Shown piece after piece: positions 13,471-26,759 of a stretch of 64,000 bases of DNA (position 1 is the stretch's first letter; every line of letters begins with the position of its first letter). This stretch comes from Octopus vulgaris (lineage: Eukaryota). The notes under the pieces were generated by a model. The model did no database searches. It was not told the origin of the DNA and was given only the letters and a program-made list of their open reading frames with translations. A program made the position numbers and the translations under genes. The stretch spans positions 9,424,001 to 9,488,000 of the forward strand of contig OX597832.1 of assembly GCA_951406725.2 (NCBI GenBank), given 5' to 3'.

Positions 13471-14149
13471 TCGATCTTTATATTTTAACCTAAGAAACAT
13501 ACATTTTCATTATCAAATTATTCTTTAGGTTATTCGCTCCAGTATGAATGAATATGGATTCAGTAGAAAAGCACAAGATTTATTAATGCAGAAATAGTGT
13601 GGTTACCACAGTGAAATTATCAATGAGCAACATATTAGTTAGCCGAGTAGACGAATTATCTTACCTTATTTTGTATCGCAATATCCAGTTACAAGTATGC
13701 AAGTATTATCATTAGGATAGGCATCCGAATGATAAGAAAGTTTATGCACTTCAGTTATGTAATTACCGCTATGATGTTGTAAGTGCTTCATCTGCAGAAA
13801 TACCCATACTCGTATCGCATTCCCTTATCGTAATGATTGTGATAATGCAGTAATTTGTTATAATTAAAGTTATCATTAATACGATTAAGACCATACTCTC
13901 ATTCCAAACTCTATTAAAGATTGGGAGATGTGAGAAAATTCAACGCTTATAAACTCGTTATAGATTTGAAGCCCTACCGTGTAATTATAAAATTTAGTGC
14001 ATATAAAGGTACTGGCCATAAATAGAGCACTTTATGTGTTTATCTTAATTATAAGATTCAATTCATACATTTATCTTATGAATTCTAAGATCCGTTACTG
14101 GGTATAAACAACTTCGAACCACGTTTACAGCCTTTTTCGTTTTCGATCG

Positions 14150-14890
14150 GTGTATTAGTTTATTCACTAATGATGGATATTAATATTTTAATTATGGTTG
14201 TAAGTTATGTTATTGTTCCATAGATTTCTTGGTTGTTACTTCCATCAAGCTTGGGGGAGTATATATTTTACTCCACTTATAAAGTATTTCAGAATATTCC
14301 CGGATTTATGCGTAATATTGTTTACAGATTAGACATTTTCCCAAGGGATTCATACAAAGCGTTCGGTCAGATGTTAAGGATTTTATTTTTTCCAGGTAAT
14401 TCGCATTTGCAAAATTTCACAGCGCAGCATTGATTTGTTCAACAGAGATATATTTCCGTATTTGATGTTAAAAGTTCAGATTCTCTGGCATACTGATACG
14501 TCCAGGGAACATCACGATTATGGATTTTGACCAGATTGATTACCATAAAATTTTTACTTTTCGTCAGTGGTTGTGGTTAATTGTTATATTAGATGAAATA
14601 CTTCTAGAGGGGATTTAGAATTGTTCAGGAATATACGTTTACCCTTGAGGAAGTTTGTTATTTCCAGAGCCTCTTTATTCATGTTGCATTGCTTTGAATC
14701 AATCGCTTGGATCTTTCGCAACTTCATCGATTTCACTTATACTTTGTATGCAATATTTCCTATTCGGCTTCTTAAACTTGGCAACTTAGCAATTTCTTTG
14801 GTCTCGATGCCCTTCATTCGTTCTTTATTTGGCCTGAATACATTTATTTTCTTTTCAAATTCTGTCTATCGCTTTCTGTAGTTAGTATTT
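14150..14890 (-). mobile_element. Decayed R4/Dong-clade non-LTR retrotransposon RT region
   Basis: Minus-strand relics SIWSKS..HNRDVPW, ISVEQINAAL*NFAN..LPGKNKILNI and YFISGVKYILPKLDGSNNQEIYGTIT resemble the WK.PG.D / G.T.LIPK..YRPITCL motifs. Confidence 0.55.
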
Positions 14891-14924
14891 ACTTTCCGTT
14901 TCTGAATGTCAATCAATGCGGTAT

Positions 14925-15262
14925 TTATTCTTTTCTACTCTAGGCACAGTGCCCCGAATTTTTGGGGGAGCAGGCCAAACGATTAGATCGACACCACTAG
15001 GCAACTGGTACTTAATTTATCCACCCTGAAAGGATAAAAGGCAAAGTCGACCTCGGGGCAATTTGAACTACAATTTCTTTATTACCCAGAAGGGACTAAA
15101 CACAGAGGAGACAAACAAGGACAGACAAATGGATGAAGTCGATTATATCGACCCCAGTGCGTAACTGGTACTTATTTAATCGACCCCGAAAGGATGAAAA
15201 GCAAAGTCGACCTCGGCGGAATTTGAACTTAGAACGTAGCGGCAGACGAAATGCCACTAAGA
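14925..15262 (-). mobile_element. SINE family B, tandem dimeric arrangement
   Basis: Two successive actggtactt..ccctgaaaggat.aaa.gcaaagtcgacctcgg blocks with different 3' tails. Confidence 0.85.
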
Positions 15263-17295
15263 TTATTCAATGAGGAAATAAATTTTATTTTCATTCAAAA
15301 TTGATTTTATAACTGCATGCACCTTAAATATTATTCTACCGTTTTGTTTTGATTTACAAATGTTCGGGAGATCAATGCAATCTCATTTTTGTGTGTGTGT
15401 GTGTGTGTTCAACAGTCAACCACTCAAACTAGATTTTGACAAATTTAGTGCATGTGTTACCGTTTGCAATGGAATCAATCTCATTTTCTTCAATATCAGT
15501 GAGTATGTCTTACAATATATCATTTTGGGTATCTCGTGAACCAGGTTTCACAAAGAAAATGGTGCGATATTTAGTATCATTATTATCATTCTCATTCTAC
15601 CTTATCATATATTTGAATATGCTGGATTTCTATATCAGTCAAGTGCCTACTTTTTATGAAGAGCCAGTGAATGGTTACTAATTCATAGCTACCTAAATTT
15701 GGTCTATGTGGAGGGTTAACCTGCCTGCAGTTTAAATGATATTGCCCTGTATTAGAGCTATCTGATACAAAGTTTATTACCCTGTCATATGTCTCTAGAA
15801 CGTATTTGCTTCTATTCTTAACTCCAGGACTTGCACAATTCTATCTTTATCGAATAAGAATGGCGGGCATAGAAAATATTGTTTGGAAGTATGTTGTTAT
15901 CTGAAGCATTCATGCCGGTGTTTTGCGCAGGAAAATTAGACATTAGATTTGTTTGACTCTGTCGAACGTGATTAATATTTTCTATAAGAGTGACGAACAA
16001 TCTGGTATGAATGTTCTTTCATAATCATTTCCTATATGCATTCGTATTTTCCTTTTGCTAGGTGGTGTTTGCATATTGATACTAAATCATGACGTTCTTC
16101 AGAAGAAGGAAATCATGTCTCATTTTCTCTTTTATCGCAGACTCCTATCATTAAATGAAACTTACCTGTTTGCTTTTGGTATCCCATATATAAACATATA
16201 TTCTTTCGATGATATAGGTGTGGGTGAATCTTACAAGTTGTGTGCTTTTGACATTTTGTCAGGAGATTTGTCAGTTACCATTATTAAATGTTCATAAACA
16301 CTAGATCCCGGGAAATGGATGGAGGTATTTCAATCAGGAGATAGAAGAAAAAAGCAAAAATTATACAGGCAGATTTACAGATAGACTGGCACATTACTAA
16401 AAAGCCATACATATGAATAATCTATAAATGGATTATGTAGAAGTTCACAAGAGAAGGATTATAGTGTAAAAAAGAGGATTAGAATTGAAAACATGTTGTT
16501 TGATGCTGTTTGCCGTTATGGATAATTTTCGGTTAAGCTCATTATCAACATTTACATAGGGACAAAAGATGTGTGAAACTATTAATATCAGCCAATGATG
16601 ATTACAACTTTGAATGTGTAGAATTGTTGCCGGATTCGGTTATAAAATCAAGCCATGAGGAAATGCCGATTAGCTTGTTTTATCAATTGTTGTTATTATA
16701 CCCTATTCAAGGGGAGACACAATGGGGCTTCAAAGGCAGAGGTTGTGATAAACTCACTCCAACTAGATATGTCCCTGCTCGCCTAAAGTGTAACAACAAT
16801 CATGAAGGTGGAACTTGCAAATCCCTCTTAGGATAGACTCAGTATTTCATTCTAGCTGAAAAAAACCCCAGATATCAGTAACAACACCAGGCATCATTCG
16901 CTATCAAAGTCGGCTCGCTTGCGTTTCAGCTAGATCAGTGCACTGACTTGCTCAGAAGATTGATGAGGAACAGAGACAATTGAAAAATGCGACAAAGGAA
17001 ATACTTTTGGCGGCTGTGGTGAGGAGAAGGGAGGCTTCTATGCCTGCACTTGTACATTGGAGGGGGATTTTCTAGGTGCATCTCATTGTCATTCATGACC
17101 GATGGTGGTCTTCTATACGCTAGCTCTTACCGTTCTAATTCCTAGATTTATGCCAAAACGTGCACAGTCACATACACACATATATGTATATACTTGTATA
17201 TGCGTACGTGAATGTATATTATCTTAATTCTGTGCAGGTTTAAATATTCGTGTGTCCTATGTAAGGTAACGCTGATGAGAAACCAACAAAAGCAC

Positions 17296-17311
17296 AAATA
17301 ATATAATAATG

Positions 17312-17398
<87 letters not shown>

Positions 17399-17727
17399 CC
17401 CTGGGAATGATAGCAAAAGGGGCTGATAGCTACCTAAATCAGATACCAGGAAACCCAAAAATGGCAGAAATTCAAAAGATAGTGCTCATGGGAACTGCTC
17501 ATATCCTACGCAAAATACTTTCTATGTAATTTCAAGGTTTAAAACATACATAATTTTCGGGTTTTTTTGTAGACATTCATTAGTACAACACCAAAAACTC
17601 CACCCACCCCCAAATATATGGCACACTAGGCATAACAACGACATGAACTTCCAACCTGTTGTCTCTTGAGGTCTCTGGGTGAGACTTGGAGCCAACTTGT
17701 ACAAATATAAAGCAAAACTCAAACATA

Positions 17728-17792
<65 letters not shown>

Positions 17793-17817
17793 GTAATAAT
17801 AATAATAAGGTAATAAT
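17296..17817 (+). repeat. (TAA)n microsatellite split by an insertion
   Basis: TAA arrays at about 17300-17395 and 17729-17807. Confidence 0.95.
17396..17728 (+). mobile_element. 5'-truncated R4/Dong LINE 3' end inserted in (TAA)n
   Basis: Encodes ALGMIAKGADSYLNQIPGNPKMAEIQKIVLMGTAHILRKILSM*, like the C-terminus of restriction-like-endonuclease R4/Dong ORFs. Dong elements are known to target TAA repeats. Confidence 0.8.
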
Positions 17818-18045
17818 TGTATACCGTGCTCAGGTGCACCACAACTTGTCAAAAGTGCATATAAAGTACATGCAGTAATGTACGAATGTCTGGAAATCGA
17901 ACAGTGTATGAGTGAGATACATGCTTTCGTGTGTATGGAGGCGGGGAATCAGATGTTGTGTTGGCAAACCTTAGGAAGCATGGAAGTGTTGAAGGATGCA
18001 AACCTCCGACAACTAACAACTGATGCCGGCAGTCTGTTCCCGTCT
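17812..18045 (-). mobile_element. CR1/L2-like LINE 3' end
   Basis: Minus strand reads NRLPASVVSCRRFASF (WN.LP..VV...S...FK motif), then a 3' UTR running into (TTA)n. Confidence 0.6.
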
Positions 18046-19168
18046 GTTCAAAATCACAATAAACACAAAGAGGAATGTGAACCAGAGATTGGCAGTTCTA
18101 AATCTGTTACCAAAGAAGACTTATGATATTAGAAGAAAGCAATAATAATCTCCTATATATCATGAGTTTAAATATAACCGAAATATACAATTGATAAGCA
18201 TTATGCATCTGTGGAGTATTATACAAAAATGGTAATTCTAAATCAAACGCAACTGTATATTAGTGGCATTGATATCTTAAGTTCTTTTAAACAATTTTTC
18301 CGATATACTTTTGTCTATATCTCAATAAAAAGGTGCGCGCTTACGTAATGCGGTATATAATTTGAGGTGGTGACCCAGCAGTAACGCGTCTGAAAGGCTG
18401 GAGATTAAAAAAATAAAATAAGGTCTATCGGTATAATGTTTGTTTTTCAACAAATACTAAAATCTAAATTTACTGTTTCTTACTGTGGCTATTCTCCTCA
18501 GTATTTATGCATTGTAAATAAATTGGGTAATTGGAAAACTGGTTTGGAAAATAAAAACATAATGAAAATAAAACAATCCAGTATAAAAACTTAAACGTTT
18601 AAGTACTTTAGTCGCCTTAAAAATTAGAAAAATATATGTCGTTAAAGATATAAAAAGGGAATAAAAATTGTATAAAATAAATAGGAAATTTTACTCAACT
18701 TCAGACTTAAAACGCCAGACATTTAATAGAGGAATCAATAAACATTCCACTTTATATTCAGTTAAAATTTGTGGACTCTCATTTAGGAAGTTTCACTACA
18801 AAAATAATCTGCATAATCGATTTTTATTCAATGCAAATAATGAAATGAGCAAACGTATCAGTGTTTGATATATTCTATGTATAGAAGCACAGGTAAATAT
18901 ACACACACATATCTATACAAATGAGAGAGAGAGAGGGTGCATAACAGAGGGAAATGGATAGATAGACAGACATATATATATATATAGAGAGAGAGAGAGA
19001 GGGTAAGATAATGTGCTACATATGGAGGCACATTTATATGCGCATTCATACATATATATATATATACACACACACATATATATATACACACAAACGTATG
19101 TGCACATATGTAACACACGCTCTCTCTTCCTGTATGCATATATACATATATCTATATAAACACATACA

Positions 19169-19222
<54 letters not shown>

Positions 19223-20015
19223 GGGGGGTGCGTGTGTGTATATATGTATATATATATATCAAGTTAAGCGACTTAGTGTCGTCTATGAATTCAGCAACAA
19301 TGTGATAGATAAATATCATGAATATATGTATGAGCATTACATACATATTTTCTATTTAATGCCATGAAAGACCTATTTGCTGTGCAGGCTAAATAGTCTA
19401 TGGTTTGAAATAAATACAACACATATATTACACGTCAAATCATGTGAGTAAATGCTGACAGTTAACCATAGTCTAAGGCTGCCACACACAACAAATTTTA
19501 AAATACAATTAAATCTTCAATTGACTTCTGTAATGTATTGAAAATATTGATTATACATTGGGTCTGCTCACATTTGTTTTAGATTATATTAAGGATGATA
19601 CTTTAAAGAATTGAGGTTAGCGTTAACTTTTTAGTGTTTTATGATAGGTAAATGTCTTCCCGAGTATTTGTTTACAGGTTCTTTCCACAGCTTTGCACGT
19701 CTAGAGCAAACATCCTGTAGTCGTTTTTGTATTTGCATGTGTTGTGTGAATGTTTGCATGCGTTGTGTGTAGATGGATAGATAAATACATAGAGAGGCGA
19801 ATAGATACAAAGATATATGTACGTCTTTTTATGTGCGCTTGTTTCCCATATCTGCGTGCTCCACTTAACCTAAAGAGTTCAACAGAATAAGTACCAGTCT
19901 TAAGTATAAACGTTACTGGTATCCAGTTGTTCGATTAAATTCTTCATTTAAAATATGTAGCTTCAACTATATGTCCATGAGGGTACATAAACCCAGGTTG
20001 TATATATACCCACGT

Positions 20016-20065
<50 letters not shown>

Positions 20066-20195
20066 TATATATATATATATAGATAGAGAGAGAGAGAGAA
20101 AGAAAAACAGATAGATAGATAAATAGAGAAGATAGTTGGAAACACACAGGCGCATAGGTTTCAGTACGTACGCTTATGTAATTATGCATATATTG

Positions 20196-20300
20196 ATACA
20201 TGCATACATACATACATACATACATACATACATACATACATACATACATACATACATACATACATACATACATACATACATACATGCATACATACACACA
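20196..20300 (+). repeat. (ATAC)n microsatellite
   Basis: Seen directly. Confidence 0.95.
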
Positions 20301-20395
20301 TACTTTCAGACAGACATATGCATGCATGCACGAGAATACATACCTAGACTAAACAAACATGCATATACACAAACATACACACATACATAAAAAAT

Positions 20396-20495
20396 ACCCT
20401 GCTGTTGATGTTGAAATTCTAATGAAGGAACCTTGGATCTAGATTAAAAACCAGTTCTTTCTCTATAGGTAAGAAATCTTGAAATAAACTGAATA
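20396..20495 (+). repeat. Short dispersed repeat with hammerhead-like layout; inverted copy at 56543-56630
   Basis: ttctaatgaaggaaccttggatctagattaaaaaccagttctttctctat..aagaaatcttgaaataaactgaa matches the reverse complement of 56543-56630. Confidence 0.6.
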
Positions 20496-22023
20496 TATAC
20501 GAGTGGCTGGCCACTTCTGGGCAGACTTTATTTGTCTATGCCGGACATTTATTGTCTTTAAAACAAGTCCATAAGAGATTTTCTGCAAGGAAAAATGTCA
20601 CAGGTTGTGAACCACCAAAAATTGATATGCGTATATGTATATACATATATATATCAGTTATGCTCTTCAGATAGGTATTTTGTATTAAATACAACCTTAA
20701 TTGTGCACTTTAACTCAATGACGTGTTAGTTATCAGTAGGATGGCTTTTCACAAAATTATAATCTCTGTAGTAAATACTACATATTCTCGTACGGGCTTG
20801 TGACGTTAATATTTTACCTGCGCCATTAAAAAGCCCAGAAACACATAAAACCACCCTGCAATTTTTTTTATGTCTTTTAGCAAGTCCTTTATATAAAGCT
20901 GTGGAAGTTGTTCAAATGTGAATTTATACATTCAATAATTTTACATTCAGAAAACATTAAGTCCATCGAATTTAAGTTTAGAGAGATCATGTTTATCGCT
21001 TATTGAGCTAATATCGAAGATGTATTTTATTTCATGAACATTAACTTACGCAGTTGCTTTTTCAAGTAGTATGTCCGCTGATCGGTTACTAGTAGACGGA
21101 ATTGTTTTAATTATTGGCTGCGGCTCGAAGTTAAAATGACATATATGATATAACTGTATCTATTTTTCATTGAGTCTATATATAGTTTGCATGTACTAAA
21201 TATGTTTGTTTCAAAGATGTATCTTCCAATCAGCCAAATATACACAAGGTACACCATTCTAAGGACGCATGGGATTCAATAGGGTGAAATCTGTAGCATT
21301 TCCTTGTTATTATGAGCTGAATGTTGCAGTTGTAATGCTTTGTTCTGTATCTACAGTGAAACACTGACAAGCGTACGCCCACAGTCATATTAGTTTATCT
21401 ATAAATGTATTCGCACATATGTATTTATAAATGATAGTGTATGTAAGTATATATAAATATATATAAATTTGAATTGTAGCAATTGCAGCCTGCATCTTCT
21501 GGTAATAGACCGAAAATACTATTTGAAATAATTTATACAGGATTCCATTGAAATTTCGCATACCGCCATCGCCAATACAAAATAACGATATGTTATTGCA
21601 CTTGTTCCAATAGCAGTATATATTCGTATATAACACAAAAGAAAAAAGAGATATACTAGTTTACAAGAATGTTCTTAATGCTAGGTTCTCTTACTTTCAC
21701 ACATACATAATAAAGAAGCCTTCTAAAACAAGATTTAGCCAGTAGAAACATTTTTCTTTGGACTCACCAAAACAAAGGAACTGCATTAGTATCGGCTCAG
21801 TTTATCAGTTAAAGAAACCAAATCATACAACTGTAATGAGAAACCATAAAAGTATATACAGTAGAGATATATGAATTTCTATCTGAAAGCGCAACATTAT
21901 CAATACATTTATACGCACGCACGCTCAAATACAGACACACAGGCACACAAGTACAAACACACATTCACATACACGCACCAATATGCATGTGAGTGTGCGT
22001 GTATATGTGTCCGTGTGCGAGAG

Positions 22024-22262
22024 GACGCGTGGCATGATGCTTATGGTGCTGCACTCGCGTTAGCGAGATCATATGTTTGTTTCCAATACAGTGCAGTGCA
22101 TTGTGTTCTTAAACCAAACATTTCATGTCACCACATGTTACGTTCTTCAGCGATCCACTTACATACCTGACATTTTGCATATTGTACAGGTTTTCAGCTG
22201 ATGTCTATTTGATGGAAAGTGTGAGCGAACGTGCAGCACGTATATTTGATCGTTCTCGGTAC
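22024..22262 (+). mobile_element. Old tRNA-derived SINE family D
   Basis: Shares cagctgatgt.tatttgatggaaag.gtgagcgaa.gtgca.cacg with 22860-22968 (-) and, more loosely, 28378-28600. Confidence 0.6.
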
Positions 22263-22309
22263 GGATTGTTGCTTAAGTTGTGTTTCAGTGAGGTCATATA
22301 TATATATAT

Positions 22310-22452
22310 ATATTGTCCGACCGACGGGAACGGGGACTCTGAGTAATTGCTTTTGTTATATTTCTGTTGCTTTTAAATAAAGCATATTACTCTACCTCTG
22401 GTATTTGAGTACTCTTTTCCCTCCTTGTTTAACATTTATGTGCTTACTCCGT
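22310..22452 (+). repeat. 3' end of a dispersed repeat inserted in (TA)n, possibly a pLTR tail
   Basis: About 140-bp block with aataaa, bracketed by (TA)n on both sides. Confidence 0.45.
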
Positions 22453-22462
22453 ATATATATAT

Positions 22463-22494
<32 letters not shown>

Positions 22495-22859
22495 TATAGA
22501 GGGCATTATTATACATGAATGACACAAGCTACAAAGGACTCTGAAAGTAAAAACTACCAAAATAAATAAGCACATCGTATCGAATGCGAGGGAATGCAAC
22601 TCTCGAAGCGAGCCTTTTAAAAACATGATTTAGCTGCAAATCATACGATTTCATAAATAGTGCAAACATGTTAATCGTCAGTGCGAGCATAATTCAAGAT
22701 TATAACGAATGAATAAAAATCAACATACTTGATGTATACCCAATGTATCCAGCGCAGCATATAGAAATGTTCAACCATTATACATTTCTGTAAAAGGCGG
22801 GGTTTTTTTCGAATTGCATCTGGGAACAACGTGTTTATTCGGAATAAAAAATTCAGTAC

Positions 22860-22968
22860 TGAAATCAAATGTTCGTGATGCACTTTCGCTCACTCTTTCC
22901 ATCAAATACATCAGCTGAAGAGCTGTACAGTTTGCCAAATATCAGGTTTCTAAGTGGATAGCTGAGGA
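22860..22968 (-). mobile_element. SINE family D fragment, inverted relative to 22024-22262
   Basis: Reverse-complement similarity to 22145-22250. Confidence 0.65.
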
Positions 22969-22975
22969 ACTTAAA

Positions 22976-23018
<43 letters not shown>

Positions 23019-23664
23019 CAAACACACTCATACAAACACACCCACATATATACATACATGCATACATACAATCATATATACATATATAGACATATACAAG
23101 AATTACGGAATGTAGTATATAAGATCAGAGCTACATATATTTCATAGCGAGCAGAGCCGCTGAAGTGGTAAATATCCAGACGATATGTGTACCGCAGGCT
23201 ATTTTGAAGCAAAGGATATCTTAATTAAATGTAAGTTTACATTGCCACAAGGCAATCAAGATATTTTCCGCCTGAAGTGTAGCCTGCGATATATACCTCA
23301 CCTGGATACTTTCCACTTCGGAGATTTCCCTCGCATGAAACATATGTTACCCGGACCTTATCTACTCCATTCCATAACTCTTGTACTTCTTTTCGCACAT
23401 ACGGCAAACCTTGTCACCTACCATGAATTATAGAAGGAATTCTTTTCAGTTTAACGTACATCGATACGAAAAATATTCCAGTTCCTTCCGTCTCAAACAC
23501 TATTGTCCGTAAAACATAATACACAGTCAATCTACATATAAGTTATTGATATAGTAAACTATTAACTACAAATAATTTTGAATTAATTAGGCTTGGAAAC
23601 CACTTGTGGAGTTTGTATTGGATATATGTACCAACTTGGAATATACATTTATATATATTCTTTA

Positions 23665-23891
23665 ATTTAGTTTGAACGGGCGAAGTTGGACGTTTAACAA
23701 CTCACTGAAAGATTTAGGCCCTTGGGCTCTCCGCTGTTTTCTTTTTTCTGAAGAAAAGCTTTGTTCGAATCGTAAAAACCAACTTGTCTTCCTTCCCTGA
23801 GCATCTGCTAATACTTTCCATGTAGCACGTACTCGCGTTGTTGTTTTTTGTGTTTGTCCTTGGTTTCTTTTTTTTGGGGGGGAGTTACTAC

Positions 23892-23895
<4 letters not shown>
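23665..23895 (+). mobile_element. pLTR/retrozyme-like repeat family A with hammerhead relic at 23744-23778
   Basis: tttt-CTGAAGA-a-AAGC-ttt-GTTC-GAATC-GTA-aaaa; homologous to 3620-3826. Confidence 0.6.
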
Positions 23896-23942
<47 letters not shown>

Positions 23943-24162
23943 CTATAATCATCTTGTAGTTTTCTTTATAAAAGTATTTTTTTATAAAATTATTTTCTTT
24001 ATAAAATAATGTTTCTTTATAGATGTAGCAGAAGTTAGCAGATTTCTATTCCTTTATCAGAAGAGTTAAATAAGCATCTTTGAATCCTTACTAATAGATA
24101 AGTCACTATCAATGTTGTGAGTGAATATATATATATATATATATACACAAATACATACGTAT

Positions 24163-24237
<75 letters not shown>

Positions 24238-24711
24238 TATATACATATGTATATGTACACACATATATGTATACATATATGTGTGTGCGTATTTAGATAC
24301 AACTGACAGAGATCTCGACATCAGATGGTACAAACTGAAGATGAGAAACCGAAGATAATTAACCTGTCGAAAAAAATCACACTCCCAGTAGAGGCAATTT
24401 ATATTTTGTCAAACGTCTTAAATTTACTCCAACACTACACCACCCTAACTCCAATGAAATACAGAACGCTCTTTCACATTGCTGTTGCAGAATATGCCTA
24501 AAAGAGGATTTGTTCGATAAAGAAACAAGGAACAAAGCTACTGTAAGAAATCAGGGCGATCACAAGCCTAATAAATGTAACAAAATAGTTTTAAATACAT
24601 CTTGTGACTTTATATCCACCTTCCCTAACAATGAACTTGCACAGTCTAAATCAAGCCCAATACATAAACAAATACAAAAACAAGTTATACATAAACACAA
24701 AAACAATAAGA

Positions 24712-25130
24712 GCAAGTCGTTGAGCTGGCAGAAACGTTAGCACGCCGGGCGAAATGCTTAGCGGTATTTCGTCTGTCTTTACGTTCTGAGTTCAAATTCC
24801 GCCGAGGTCGACTTTGCCTTTCATCCTTTCGGGGTCGATTAAATAAGTACCAGTTACGCACTGGCGTCGATATAATCGACTTAATCCGTTTGTCTGTCCT
24901 TGTTTGTCCTCTGTGTGTTTAGCCTCTTGTGGGTAATAAAGAAATAGGTATTTCGTCTGCCGTTACGTTGTGAGTTCAAATTCCGCCGAGGTCGTCTTTG
25001 CCTTTCATCCTTTCGGGGTCGATTAAATAAGTACCAGTTACGCACTGGGGTCGATATAATCGTCTTAATCCGTTTGTCTATCCTTTTTCGCCTCCTCTGT
25101 GTGTAACCCCTCGTGGGTAGTAAAGAAATA
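24712..25130 (+). mobile_element. SINE family B with tandem duplication of the body
   Basis: gagctggcagaaacgttagcacgccgggcgaaatgc, followed by two units of about 184 bp, each starting ggtatttcgtctg. Confidence 0.9.
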
Positions 25131-25656
25131 TGTATAATATGTTAACAGCATTATAATTAAGAAAGTAAATAAGTTATGTGTTATAGTTATTCTGTATATC
25201 GAGCATTACACAGCGATATATTGTCTCCATTACAAGATACGACCTATTACGAAAAGGTAAACAATGACAAAAAATAACAGACACTAACTAAACTGAACAC
25301 ACTCATCGCTGACCACAAGAAGTTTAAAAAACAAAGGATGTGTCTACCTGACCCATTTTGGTTGCAAGACTAGCTACTTTTATTGTCTCTCCAAAATCCA
25401 TAAGAATCAAACTATGAAGAATGCATGTGAAGAACCGCGTTAAAGTTGAATAAACATACGATATCACATCGACCTTAAATTCAAACCAAATCGTAGCAGT
25501 CCTGAACTGAGGGACACACATACTCAGCAACTCCTTTTGGTAGTGTCACTACTTGTTCACTCAACCGTGTCAGCCTTAACTTACGACGCCAAACATTGGA
25601 CGTAGCACAGATCCTACAAAAATTTCTAAGACCAGTCATATGACTATCTTCTACCA

Positions 25657-26003
<347 letters not shown>

Positions 26004-26067
26004 GGGAAAGCATTTCTCTGTATATTTTCGTAGGAAACTGATTTTACCTGAGTAATTCCAAGATTTG

Positions 26068-26295
26068 ATCTTTTATCTTTGTTTTGTTTCAGTCAATTTA
26101 CAGCGGCCATACTGGGGTTTCACCTTTAAATTTTAGTCGAAAATATGCAGCCCGTTACGTGTTAATTTTCGTAACATTCGTCACATATTCCAAGTCTCTC
26201 TTCTGAAACCGCCAAGTTACGGGTATGTAAACATATTAGCACCGGTTGTTAAGCGGTGGGCAGGGGCCAAACACTGACATGAGGACACACAAACA
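26068..26295 (-). mobile_element. 3' half of CORE-type SINE family E
   Basis: tgtttcagtca..gcggccatactgg..ccgccaagttacggg is the reverse complement of the 57600-57800 region. Confidence 0.7.
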
Positions 26296-26299
26296 CACT

Positions 26300-26500
26300 A
26301 GTCTACTTCAAATGACCGCACAAGTTTGCGTGAGCAGTGAGAGCTCGCAGTGATTTTCATGGTGTGGTATACCGAGTTACAGCACTGTATTTACTTCGCA
26401 AGCTGTGAAATTTATGTTTGTGATTCCGTGTATGCAGTAGCCAGCGATTTTTCTTATGGACAGAAAGTTGGAGCAAAGAACTAATGTGAAATCTCGTGAG
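26300..26500 (+). mobile_element. Mariner 5' fragment
   Basis: atggacagaaagttggagcaaagaactaatgtgaaa encodes MDRKLEQRTNVK, like the mariner EQR..IKFC N-terminus. Confidence 0.5.
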
Positions 26501-26759
26501 TGAAATGCGTAATATTTTAAAACAAATTTTTGTTCCGTTAATTAGCTCCTCTGTTATGCCTTCGCGTGATTAGTTCAAAGGAAATACGAAGAGATTAAGA
26601 AAAAAGGAGGGAAAGAGAGGGTAAGACGAAGAGTGAGAGAGAAACAGGAGGGGTGTTTTGTATTAAATCCATAATCGTGTTTGAAGTATATAACGTATAT
26701 ATATGAAATGTATTATATTCCAATTTCTTTCACTTTTCAATGATTATCAGACGCGCAAC

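Noticed and set aside
15700-16300. Possible Helitron Rep N-terminal relic on the minus strand
   Set aside because: Only vague motif resemblance (IQGNI, FLRK); not supportable without a search.
24745-25130. Repeated units suggesting a CRISPR-like array
   Set aside because: These are SINE body duplications in eukaryotic DNA, with no unique spacers and no cas genes.
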